Source: Salisapilia sapeloensis CBS 127946 (taxonomy: Eukaryota > Protista > Oomycota). From it: a stretch of 64,000 bases of DNA. The first letter of the stretch is position 1. Each line of letters opens with the position of its first letter. The translations under genes were made by a program, and so were the position numbers. The notes under the pieces are model-generated. The model searched no databases. It was not told the DNA's origin and saw nothing but the letters and a program-made list of their open reading frames with translations. Location: positions 1 to 64,000 of the forward strand of contig JAADVB010000043.1 in the NCBI GenBank assembly GCA_023334545.1, read 5' to 3'. Shown here in pieces: positions 22,957 to 35,719 of the stretch.

Positions 22957-23693
22957 GCTCCAAATACTGACACGATGAGTGATCAAGATACGCCAAATAC
23001 GCTTGGACCAGCAAATGTAGCAACATCCCCAACTCGTCGCTTACTTCGCAGACTTATGCCCCTACTTGCTGGTAGTGAATTGTGCGGTATCCGTCTAAGT
23101 CAAACCCAAGACCCACGTCTCTCGGATCTACTTTCTACTCCGAGTATCGACACTAAGGCTGATTTGGGTTTTAAGGGTATGCTTAAACAAATCGCTGTAG
23201 GAGGAAAATGCCCTTAGTCGCCTCGCAGAGCTCCACCTGCACTTGGTCGTCGCAGACGTCGAAATTCGAGCTAGTCGTAAAAGTGCTTAGCACTCCCGAA
23301 ACAAAGTAACGTTTTTCAAATGAAAGCCGATTTGAGTTCATGTATAGGCGTACTATGTCAATGCATATAAGAGAGCTTCGTCTAGTACATATCGAATCAT
23401 CCTACTAGCTCAATATAAATCTATAAACATGGTACGATAGTCATCCACACTTGCTCTACCCTATTCTCCACCACACCACTGCCAACCAAGCCATTTTTTA
23501 TTATCATCAACATCTGCAGCAATGCTAGTATTCTTCGCTTGTTTAGCTGATACAAAATAAGTTTATAGCTACATCAATCTCATCTCAGACATCTCTTGAC
23601 AGTGTAAATCTGGTTTTGTTCTCATTGACCGTATTTTATTGAGACGCATTTGTCCCACTGGACGAGTACCTTCCGACACACTAAATCGATTCG

Positions 23694-25937
23694 ATGGCGC
23701 CGACGACGGAGAAGGAGAACGTGCGTGAGCGTGCGGAGATTGAAGAGCTAGAGCGTCGTATCGCAGAAGAAACGCCTGCGAGAGGCTCCCAGCTACAGGA
23801 TGCCACTTCATTTGATGCACTTCCGCTCTCTCGCGTCTCGAAACTCGGTATGTCGTCTATCTCATGACCTCCAACCATTGTCTTCATCCACTCACGACGC
23901 ATGCTCTAGGTCTAAACAAATGTAAATTTACCAAGCCTACACGTATCCAAATCGGAGCTATCCCACATGCACTCGCAGGGTATTTTTATCTCTTTCCTGA
24001 CCTCTTCTTCCGCCAACTAACATGCTTTATCCATTGTCTAGACGCGATATATTGGCAGCAGCCAAGACTGGGTCGGGTAAAACCCTCGGTAAGACCTTTG
24101 CTCTATTTCACCAATGACAATTGTACTAAATATATCGTGGCTAGCCTTCCTACTGCCGGTATTGGAGAAACTGTATCGTGCTCGATGGGACATTGAAGAC
24201 GGTCTCGGTGCGCTCGTGATTTCCCCCACTCGTGAACTCGCGCTTCAGATATTCGAAGTCCTGCGCACAGTTGGCAAAGGCCACTCGTTCTCTGCTGGCT
24301 TGGTCATCGGTGGTAAAAATTTCAAGGAAGAGCAGCTTCGCATGGTTCGAATGAACTTGCTCGTGTGTACGCCTGGCCGTCTCCTCCAGCACTTCCAACA
24401 GACTCCAAATTTCGAAACCAGTAACCTCCAGCTTCTCGTGCTGGATGAAGCAGATCGTATTCTAGACATGGGTTTCCAAACCCAACTACGTGACATCCTG
24501 TCCTACCTTCCGCCCGACCGCCAGACGATGCTCTTCTCCGCGACTCAGACCAAGTCTATCAAGGACCTCGCGGCCTTGAGTCTTCGAGAACCAGAGTACA
24601 TTGCTGTGCACGAACAGTCGACACAAGCGACTCCGAGCGGTCTCATCCAGAACTACGTCGTGTGTGATTTGGATAAGAAGCTCGACGTTCTCTTTTCCTT
24701 TATCAAGTCCCACTTGAAGCAGAAGACGATCGTCTTTTTGTCCACTTGTCGGCAAGTCCGTTTCGTCCACCAAGCTTTCTGTCGTCTCCAACCTGGTGTA
24801 CCGTTGATTGCTTTGCATGGCAAGTACAAACAAGATAAACGCGTACAGGTGTACTATGACTTTCTGAATAAACCTGCGGCCGTCTTGTTCTGCACGGACA
24901 TTGCTGCGAGAGGTCTCGACTTCCCCAAGGTCGATTGGGTCTTCCAGCTCGACTGTCCAGAAGATGGAGCGTCTTACATCCATCGCGTCGGTCGAACAGC
25001 TCGATATAACAAGCAAGGCAAGGCTTTGTTGTGTCTTACGCCGAGTGAGAAGGATGGGATGCTGCAGGAGCTGGAGAAAACCAAGGTTCCGATTCAGCAT
25101 CTGAAGATGAACCCAGCGAAAGCCATGAGCTGTCGAGAGAAGATCACGTCCGTTGTAGCAAGCGACAAGGATATCAAGGCGTTGGCACAGAAAGCGTTTA
25201 TGTCATACGTCCGAAGTGTTTGTCTGCAGCCGAAGAAGGAGGTCTTTGACGTTTCTCAGCTACCGCTAGATGACTTTGCGCAAAGCCTTGGACTCATGGG
25301 TGCACCACGCATGCCATTCTTGGAAAAGATGCAGTCGAAAGGTCATGAAGAGCTACGAAAGGAGCTGCGTGGCAAGAAGAATGTGAATCGGAAGCTGCAA
25401 CAGCTCAAGGACAAGATCAAGAAGAAGAAGGAGGTCAAGCCGGAGGAACCGGAGGAAGAGGACTTGATGGTCGTCAAGCGGACGCATCGGTGGGACGAAG
25501 ACGTGCCAGAAGCACCTGCACCGGTGAAGAAGAAGCGGAAGATTGACACGGATCCTGTGAATGTCAACAAGGTCGTGTTCGACGACGATGGCAAGCAGGT
25601 CAAACTACTAGAACGACTGTCTGCGAGAGATGCAGATGATGATGAGGATGTGGAAGAGAGCTCGAACCGATTCACGGCACAAGTGGCCGAGAGACTACGT
25701 GCAAAGGAGAAGGAAGATCGGGAACTTGAACGCGAACGAGTCCGAGCGAAGCATCAGAAGAAGCGGATGAAGCAAAAGGGAGATAAGGCAGAGGAAAGCG
25801 ACGACGAAGGTGTCGTCCTTGGCGGAGGTAGTAGCGATAGTGGCGATAGCGAAGGCGATGATAGCGAAAGTGACAGTAACGAAGAGGAAGAGGAAGACCA
25901 GGAAGAGATGGCACTGCAGATGCTACAGGGGCAATAG
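23694..25937 (+). CDS. DDX10: DEAD-box RNA helicase DDX10/Dbp4, four exons
   Basis: After removing three short introns (first at 23848-23909): AKTGSGKT, SPTRELA, TPGRL, LDEAD, SAT, ARGLD, HRVGRTAR. KLYRARW...DGLGAL and ALAQKAFMSYVRS are Dbp4-typical. Acidic tail. Confidence 0.92.
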
Positions 25938-26077
25938 ATAGATAACAACGAGACACTTGATTTGAGTATCCACCAGCCCGTTCATATAAGATTTTCTATA
26001 CTTTAGCCAAGTGCGTCGTGGATTGAGTGTCAGCGCCGAGTGGCTGCCAGGATGGGTCTTTGGATCGCCGAGAGTAA

Positions 26078-26710
<633 letters not shown>

Positions 26711-26913
26711 GCTTTTTTTGCTGCATGTGTGGGAAGAAAAGAACGGATTTCGTAGTTGTAGAACCATTTCGCACGAACACTAAAGTCATGACCTTCACGC
26801 GTGACTTCTCGAAAATTGAGATTTTTTTACTAGTATGCCTTGTGTTTCTCTCTGTGCTGCGTTCGAGGCGGAAGGATCTCTGTATATCTATCAACCCACC
26901 ATTCAAATTCAAC

Positions 26914-28566
26914 ATGGCGACGGAAGACGCATGCTCGTGGTGCGAAGAGGCCGAGTGGATCCTCTCATGCGCAATGTGCGACCCGAGACGTCCGCCCAAG
27001 AAGCTTTGTGCTCATTGCACAACGCTGTGGCATGCTCGTGGTTACGCGAAGCAGCACACGCTCATCACAAAGGACGGGGTCGAGCGAACGTACGAAAGGT
27101 GGGCAGAGGGAGAGTCGTTAAACGAGCAAGAAGAGGCAGTGGCGGACGAAGGTGAGCCAGGGAGGAAGCTTTCCCTCGGCGAACTGCTCGCCAACTTCTC
27201 AGAAGATGAGGAAGAGATGGAAAAGCTCATGGAGCACGTCCAAGGCGCGATCGCGATCGTGGATGCCATTTGCTGCGTCAAGTTTGCCAAGTGTAAACAA
27301 CCCGAGTGCCTGACCGTGGTTGATCATATTAGCCATTTAAACCAGGATCGGCCGTGTCAAGAAGAAGGGTGTAGACAAATTGGCGAGTACTTGGATCACG
27401 AGAAGAACTGTATCCACGATTATTGTCACTTTTGCGTTCGAGGTGCGTACTATCTAAATGTATGGAAGGAGCAGCTCGTCATCTCTTTTGTATCTAGTCA
27501 AGCAGCGCAGGCACTCGGCTACGAATGCAGCCTTGGATCACGTGATCTCTGAATTGAAGACTTCCCTACGCGTCGCTAGTGGCGATGCGGATAAAAATTT
27601 TAGGCAGCAGCAATTGTCCAACATTCGACGTCGACAGACAAAGCACGAGGAAGCGATGGAGCGTTTGAACCGAGTAGTGCGTGAAGCCCACTGGCCTATA
27701 TTTAACTTTCCAGCCTTTCAATGGCATTTCGATCAGCCGTATGTCAAGGTAGTATGCATTATGGTCTGCAAGCAATGAAGCTTATCCTCAAGATAGAGAG
27801 AGGTCGTGGAAGAAGATCAGCCGCAACAAGAGCCTTCCTATAAGTACACGAGTACGACCTCCTTTAATGGTATTTTTATCTTAATGCTAAAGTTTGTATA
27901 GATGAGACTGAAGCGAAGGAAGAGATAGATTTTGGATCTGCCGAGGATCGAATCCGGGACCTGATCAGTCATCGAAGTCAGTCGGATGAAGCACAGCAGG
28001 AGTTTGAGCAAGTATTACGCACTGGCTTAGCGATTGTTGACTCGACATTCTGTTCCCATGCCAAGGCGAGTCGATGCCGACTGGATTGCCATCAGTATCT
28101 AGAGCACATGCAGCATCATCTAGACCTGAATGTCTGTCACCATCCAACATGTGCTTCTGTCGAGTATCATTTCCGTCACATCACGTCCTGTAAAGCTGCT
28201 GAACAAGAGGACGACTGTGAATACTGTCTCAAGATTACCGAACGGGAGTACGTGCGTGCGGTAGAACAGATGACGCGAGAGCATCCAGCGGCAAGAGCAC
28301 GCGTGCAAGGCATTATGGATCAGATGAAAACGTCGATGGAAGAGGATACGCCACAAGAGCATGAGATTGCCATGATCCAATTACAGGATGAACTGGATCA
28401 AGTTACGACGAATAAACGTGAGTTGGAGGAGAAACTGGAGGAAGCAAAACAGAATTTACGCTTGTCGCGAGATAAGATGAAGAAGACACAACAGACTCAT
28501 GGCAGGTGGAAGACGAGTAGCATAGCGGTCCCACCACACTTTGTGGAAGTAAAGAGCAAGAAATAG
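26914..28566 (+). CDS. B-box plus two TAZ-like Cys/His modules plus coiled coils; multi-exon
   Basis: CSWCEE...CAMCD...LCAHCTTLWH...H resembles a B-box. Two related modules AIVD..C...C....C....H...H....C....C........H...C.....C..C. GT-AG introns link ORFs 26686, 27458 and 28108. Confidence 0.65.
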
Positions 28567-28742
28567 CACGTTTCTAGGTCGAGTCTAGCTTTTGTACCGC
28601 ATGTACCGTGAATGTACCACATGAGGTCGTTACGACGACAGAGCGCGAGTTCTTGGCCTCTGCTGCGAGTACCGTACAAGCGTAAGCTCATCATTTAATC
28701 GACCTCGTTGCACGGCAGAGTGATACAAGAGACGACTGTAGC

Positions 28743-31700
28743 ATGGTTGATAGTGGGCGTTCACGACTACCGCCTCAATCGGTCCCAGAAGATGAAGAGC
28801 TGTCCGAGTCGATCATTCGACCTATGCACCGCCGCAGTTCATCTGCAGGAGACACGGGAGGTATGGTAGGATTGTCTGGTCGTAGTTACAACGGCAGTCT
28901 GGAACGTGGCGATTTGGCAAGTGCTTTGGCACTCGAGTCTGGGCGACCGACGGCAGGCAGCGATGCTTGGTCCAGTGCCTATAGCGAACCCAGCAGGAGT
29001 AGCAACACAAGTGGACTTGGATACCGACCGTCGGATCGATCATGTATGCCAGTATTCTTGCATTAATAATTAATAGCTATGATTAATCGCTTGGATATTG
29101 TAGCGGTGCTATCCACCAGTCCTCCATTGCCCGAGGATAGCACAGTGACAGCAGAAGATGTGATTCGTGAGAGCATGGCTAGTAGTCGTAGCACAGCGTT
29201 ATATGCCGATCAGATGGACTTAACTCTAACTCGTCGGTCGGATGCGCTGTCCATGTCCATGTCCGGTCGATCCGACAGCTTCGCCTTCTCCTTTTCAAGC
29301 CGAGGAACCTTTCGGCGCAGTACATTGTCCGAGCAGACTTTTCGAGAATCAGAGCTCTTTGAACCCGAGCGTGAACTCTCCGATGAAGACCTGAGTAATG
29401 TCCTAAAGGCTCGGACAGGTGATAGTAAGCTCTTAGAAGTCACGAGTATTAAGGAAGAGGATGAAGAGGCTGTCAAGTATGAGAACGCTAAGAGTCGATG
29501 GGCGCAGCACGTGAAGCTCAAAGCCCAAAACTTTCTCTACAGCACCATGTCCGGGAAAACTCCGTCACCACCAACAAAGGCACACGATGCACCTGTGGCA
29601 GCTTCACCGGAGGCTCAGGAATGGGCTGAGAAACAAAAAGCGATCTTGTCCAAGAGTGGTGAGACGGGCGGATTCGACCTACCGATTCCTTTCGCAGGTA
29701 AGAATGTCGTTGGGATGGCCAAGTTCCAAAAGTGGAATCGATGGATGCACGATCAGTATCAGAGTAACATTGGCAAAGTCGTCCAGCGAGCTTTTAAAGA
29801 CGAGATTCAGATCGGAGGTGAGAAGATAGATCCTAAGGTCCTCATCGCGATTGAAGAAGTCGTAAAGAACCCACGGATGATGCGATACTATGCTGCTTGG
29901 TTGCAGACGACGCACGATGAGAGCAAGCTCTTTTTCCTCGCGTCCTTTGAAGAGTACAGGCAGTTCTGGTGCACCTTACGATCAAACTATCAGGAGCAAG
30001 ATGCATCCGTCGCATCATCTCGAAGTGGCGTCCACTTTTCCAAAGATGATGCGCTCCTCGTACGTAGCTTTGGTGTGAAAATCGCACAAAAGTACTTGAC
30101 CAAGTCTGCTCCTTTCCACATTGGCTTCGATCTCGTGAACTCGGACGTGTTACGAGCCATTAAGCGCGACTTGGCAACAGGCGGAGACCCGTCTTTACGT
30201 GCGTTCGATCGTGTCGCGACAAAGGTGAAGCGTGAGATGATGGAAACGTTTTCTCAGTTCCGTACTTCGGAGCTGTATGCCGAGATGCTGAGCTCGATCG
30301 ATCGAGAGGTGATTTGTCTAGAAGACATGCTGATGAACCAACGACTAGCGCACTTCTTCTGGGTCTTCCTCTTCCAACATGACTACCATCGAGAGCTTGC
30401 GCTTTGGGTCGAGATCGAGTACGACTTCAAGCCTGCCTACCGACAGTACATGACGCTGCTCAAGTCATCCAACAGACGAAAGGACCAGTATGAACAAGCT
30501 GCGTACTTGTGTCGAAAGCTCTTGCGGTACATATCTGCAAAATACTATCCTGGTGACGACGACATGAAGCGACTGGACAAGTCGCTCTCGACGTCTTGTG
30601 CGAAATTGCAGAAGGAGCAGGACGACATCTTGGCTCGCTTCAGTCTCATCCACTTGGAGCTGTACCAGCGTTTCATAACTAGTCGAGCGTATGCCGAGTT
30701 TGCTTTGTATAAAACACCTAGTGCAGACCAGGATGAGTCTATTGATGATCCCATGCGCCTCTCGCAGCTACTACTAGAGTACGGTCTACGTGCCCATCAC
30801 TGGCCAGATGCGTCTCGAGAGAACTTGAAGAAGCGATCGTTGGAAGTGCTGCATACTGCCAGAGGGTATGAAGCCCTTTGTGGCGTGCTGACGTTTGAAG
30901 GGATCCTCGTGCAGGACAAGATCGAGTTGAAACTTCGACAGCATCCGTTGGCACATGACCCTTCGCCGTTGACGATAGACAAGTCGATTAAAAAGTTCCT
31001 CGTTCCATGGAGTGAGGAAGAGGAAGTAGTGCTCCAAGCACCTAGTTGTCCACCTCCTTTAGCGTTTAACTTTCGCATGGGCGACGGATCTGACGATATG
31101 TTTGCTGCGACTGTTGTCATGTACAAACCAGCGCCGTTGCTGACGAAAGCACAGATGGAGAATGAAAAATTAGACCCGGAGAAAGGAAGTAGATGGATAC
31201 CGTATGGAGTCTGTATGATCTCCAAGTTTCCACTGGTAGAACTACTTCGGGAACGTGTTGCAGAAGCGTATGAATTCATTTTGGAGCTAGAGACGATTGC
31301 TGCTACGAAAGAGCAGAAAGGAAGTGGACCGGGAAGCTATCCGAACTTTATACTGGAGTCAAGTACCGAACCGTTCCGACTGGACAAGAAGCTTGTGTCG
31401 AAACTGTCGAGGTCTGTGTCAGCGGATAGTATCTCTCGCTTCCATCAGGCCACACCTGTGGCATTGGCGTCTGCTTCTCCTCAGTCGTGTATGTCGTTGC
31501 AGACATCGACGTCGATGCTCACGACGCTCCCGAGACTCGACTACTCCATCCGACTCTTGTTCGATTCGCTCGACGTACCTACTGTTCTCACTGCCTTTAC
31601 GTCCATTCTTCTTGAAAGTCGTGTACTTATCATTTCGTCCTACTACTCAGTCGTGATGAAAGTATGCGAGACATTGCGAGCACTCGTCTATCCTCTTCTG

Positions 31701-32306
31701 TGGCCACACGTCTTCCTGCCTATGCTTCCTAAAGAGCTTTTGCAGTACCTCGAATGCCCTACACCATTCATTATTGGTGTTGCAAGAGGTTTGTTGGATG
31801 AAGAGACAATGGACGATGTCTTGAACGATGACGTCGTGGTGCTGGATCTTGACAAGGGACGAATTGTGTCTGGAGAGATGCCATGCCCACTACCTACTTC
31901 CGTCCAGGACGTACTGAAAGAGTCACTGTTTGAATGTCTCAAGCCGAACGTGAGCAAAAGCGATCATGTGTTTGCCGATCACTTTCCAACTAAGCCTCAT
32001 GCGTTCCCTGAAATTGCCGTCCGTAGACTCTTCTACCGAGCCGTAAGATCTCTTATCGGCGAGTATGGTTATTACAGATATGTCTGGACGGACGAGTACT
32101 CAAAGCAGCGGACAGTCTTCTTTGATGAAGCGAGCTACCTCGCAGCATCTCCTGTTGATATGCGTGACTTTCGAACGTTATTCATTGCAACACAGGCTTT
32201 CAGTGAGTACATTGTGTCGTATTACGGCTTTGAAGATGAAATCGCGACCGTGAGGCGAGTAGAAAAGCGTTCGAGTAGTTCAGGTGCGAGTCCGAAACGT
32301 ACTTGA
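28743..32306 (+). CDS. RGS-RGS-DENN domain protein, two exons
   Basis: Intron 29045-29103. RGS-like YYAAWLQ..ESKLFFLASFEEY...IAQKYL...AP and LEDMLMNQ..FFWVFL..ELALWVEIEYDFK. uDENN AFNFRMGDG, cDENN ILLESRVLIIS...YPLLWPHVFLPMLP...LECPTPFIIGV, dDENN FIATQAFSEYI. Confidence 0.85.
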
Positions 32307-32424
32307 GGTACGAGTAGCGCGTACGTTGGTTAGAATGGTACATGTGCATTGTTTGACGTGCCAGAAAGATAAAGAGAAATACGTTTGATCGATGTTCGTT
32401 GTTGGATTTACTCGATCTATCGTG

Positions 32425-34661
32425 TTAGTGTCGTCGGAAGATCGTCAACGCGCAGACGATAGATGCAAAGATGGCAGTTGGTACAAGGACCTTGTAGCTG
32501 CGAGCAAGTTTCTTCTTCTCAACTGAAGCTTGTCCTAACAGTAGACTCTCGTCATCGAAAATGGACGATCGAGTGCGTTGGAAACGGCTGCGGTGCACGG
32601 GTGTCTGGACGGAGAGACCCATCTCCCGGTCAATGATCCGATAGAGCATCGCCACGACAGCTTTCCCGGAGTGTTTAATCATGGGTGTTTTGTTCCACTG
32701 CTTTGTACTGTCGGCGGACTCATCGCTAAACGTCTGGCCTTGTAGCATGACAGGCCGTTCTTGATAGCTCATCTCTTGTGTGGGTAAAAGGAGCTCTTCG
32801 CCTCTTTCAAAGTACGGAGCTAGGACGTTCGAGTCTGGTTTAGTGTTATTTGCAATCACATAGTCGATAACGTCATGACCAAGGTACGAAGACAAGATGT
32901 CCAATGTGTCGTGGAGAGAGTATCCGTCTGTCTGACCACACTGGGTAGCAACGTTGCTGACGTAGACTGTAGCTCCTGAACTACGTTGGATGGCATCTCG
33001 TATACCAGGTACCAGTAGAGGAGATATGATGGATGTGTAAAAGCCACCAGGACTAAGTACAATAATGTCAGCGTTCTCAATTGCTCGAACGGCAGGTGTA
33101 AATGCTTCTGCCGCTTCATCTTTCAGGAACACTCGCTTGATAGGAGCTTTCTTTTTCTCTGTTCCTGTGCTTTCATCTATAACGGTTGGACTCCGGACAT
33201 TCACCTCAGATTCAACGATCGAGCCATCTTCTAACTCCGCGCAAAGCTCCGTGTTTGCTAGTGTCGCAGGGAATACATTGCCGTGAAGGTTGAGAATGTC
33301 TGAGAGAGATGTGACAGCTTTATCAAAGCCGCCTTGAATATCCGTCAGTGCTGCCAAAAGTAAATTACCAAGGCTGCATCCGTCCATAAAGTTTTCTTGG
33401 AAACGATAGTTCATGAGCTTGTTCATTAATTCATCTACACAGCACGAGGTATAAGACAATTCGATGAGGAGAGGAGATGACTGTTATATTACCTGAATCC
33501 GACAACGCCACCATGCAGTTTCGGATGTCGCCAGGAGGAAGCATGCCGAGGTACTTTCGCAATACACCTGAATGTCTCCCAGAATCAAAGACTGTGCATA
33601 CTTGTAAGCAACAGAAACGTGTCAGCTATGAAAGAGTATGAAGTACCAGTGACAACGGCTGTAAGGTCGGCAGGGTAGTGTCTCAATTCTTTTAGCAGCA
33701 CTGCCAGACCAGTGCCGCCTCCCACAGCCACAATCTTCGGAACGACTTCCTGTTGCTCTGCTAGCTTTACAACTGGACCAAGTTCTTCAATAGCTGATAT
33801 CTATTTGCAAGAAATTTGAATGCTGTAATTCGATCCATACACGTAGCAGGAGAAAGATTATAATATACCTGAAAGTCCGATTGCTCACGTTCTTCCGTCG
33901 GCATCACATTAGCATATGTGCCATAAAGCTATTTAAATGGATTAATGGCTCAGCAATAGTGTATTTATATGAGTAAATAAGGAGTCCGGACTGACCATTC
34001 GGACGGTGATGAAGCCAGCTTGATTCGCTGCCTTAATTTCATAAAACGCTTTTCTGCCGACAAAGACAACAGCAGATGGTGGTAACATTAAACGCCTACT
34101 AATCTCTTTCATTGCGACAGTCAGCTGACTCACAGTCGGGTTTGCAGCTACACTAACGCTTTCCTGGAAGAAATCGGACAGTCCGAGTGTTTGGAGGCGC
34201 TCCAACTGCACTTCTCTTTTACCAATGAGCACGAGCCCCAGGCGATAGTTACTAGCTCTTAATTCCTCCAGCGTCTTGTTCGAGTGCTCGAATGGTTCAA
34301 TCGTCTGCGCTTCTGGAATTCGACTGGCGTAATAAGCATCGACGACCCTCGATCCAGCAGCCGAAGACAGCTTCCCATCCTTCACAAGGCTATCTACGAA
34401 AAAAGGGAAGCGTTCTCGATATCCGTACGCAGCGCGAAAAAGCTGAATGGCTTCCACAGCCTCACTTTCGCTCACAAATGCATGCTCCTCGACCAATTGT
34501 TGGACGCCTCGGTCGATGGCGAAGTGAGCGAGGGATCCCGTATGGTCATACAATACATCATCTAAAATCATGACAACAGCCTGTATTCTCCTCTTCTTGG
34601 GGTCTATTTGAAAGCTGTTCATTGTTTCATGTAGCTCATGCATAGAGATAGATGCTGCCAT
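32425..34661 (-). CDS. Fusion of a degenerate HAD-IA domain, a YvcK/GlmR (CofD-related) domain and a C-terminal TM helix; five exons, 662 aa
   Basis: Exons 34661-33996, 33928-33869, 33800-33647, 33591-33493 and 33434-32425 total 1989 nt with all introns GT-AG and frame-consistent. YvcK motifs [50 protein letters not shown]. Confidence 0.88.
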
Positions 34662-34817
34662 TCGGTCTCGAGACCGTTAAATGAATTTGTATCGTGCTTA
34701 GCTGTCAACTTGAAGCTCGTATCGAAATGTTACATCTACTTTACGAAGGAATTTGTATTGCGTTGGTGCAGTGTTTTATGGACGCGGTAATCACCAGCAT
34801 AAAGAAGGTGGAGAATC

Positions 34818-35636
34818 ATGGCCGAGCGCAGTGCGGCACAGGACGCGGTGATCAAGGTCTTGGTACTTGGAGATGCTGCCACGGGTAAAACGAGTATCAT
34901 CAAGAGGTATGCCTCCTTTGCAGTGAAAGAACAGAATCCCGTAGCAAATTATCATGGGGGTTTATCGAATAGATATGTTCATGATGCCTTCTCGGAGCAG
35001 CATCGAACGACTATCGGCGTGGATTTTGCACTGAAGGCTGTCACTGTGGATGGAACGACAGTCCGTCTTCAGCTGTGGGATATTGCAGGTACAATCTCTC
35101 CTTTGAAGGTGCTTCTACACTGGGTTTTAATGGAATCTGCATGCAGGTCAAGAGCATTTTCGAGCTCTAAACCGAGTACCACTACAGATATGAATCTTCC
35201 TGCTACTATATCTCTGATGAACTACTTGTAGGTGTACTATAAAGATGCACTTGGAGCTCTCCTCGTGTACGACATGTCTCGACCGGAAACCTTTGACAGC
35301 GTCTTGAAGTGGAAGCACGAGATTGACGCGAAAGTCGAGCTTCCGAATGAAAAGCCGCTTCCTGTGATCCTTTGTGGAAACAAATGTGACTTGGCGAATG
35401 GTGCGGACGCGACGGCATTGGATGAATTGTGTGAACAGCATGGATTTGCCGGGTGGTTCGAGACATCTGCAAAGGAGAATACGAACATTGAGGAGGCCAA
35501 CCGTGCACTTGTGACGAACATTTTGGAGCATCAAGACATTTTTGAAAAGAAGCTGCAGTCAAAGCGTACGGACACGGTCCGTCCATCGCAATCAGACTCT
35601 ACGAGTGCCCAATGCAGTTATTGCTGCACCTTTTAA
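34818..35636 (+). CDS. Rab GTPase, Rab32/38/29 family; four exons, 212 aa
   Basis: [19 protein letters not shown], family-diagnostic WDIAGQE, GNKCD, FETSAK, C-terminal CC. Exons 34818-34906, 34973-35088, 35147-35175 and 35232-35636. Confidence 0.92.
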
Positions 35637-35719
35637 ACACTTGGATGCTAAAGGCGGTACGAATCAAATAACATGGCAACGGTACTCTTAAATGACGTTG
35701 CATTTTATTCCTGCCTTGC

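Noticed and set aside
22954-23280. Possible genome-wide TAG reassignment suggested by in-frame TAGs
   Set aside because: TAG ends well-supported genes here (10508-10510, 20059-20061, 44777-44779) and no conserved gene needs TAG as a sense codon.
27941-27962. tRNA T-arm-like sequence (minus strand AGGTCCCGGATTCGATCCTCGG)
   Set aside because: G53 is missing, there is no D-arm or acceptor stem, and it lies inside a coding exon (AEDRIRDL).
32425-33800. CofD (F420 biosynthesis) assignment
   Set aside because: The motifs ([16 protein letters not shown]) fit the YvcK branch of the family, and no other F420 genes are present.
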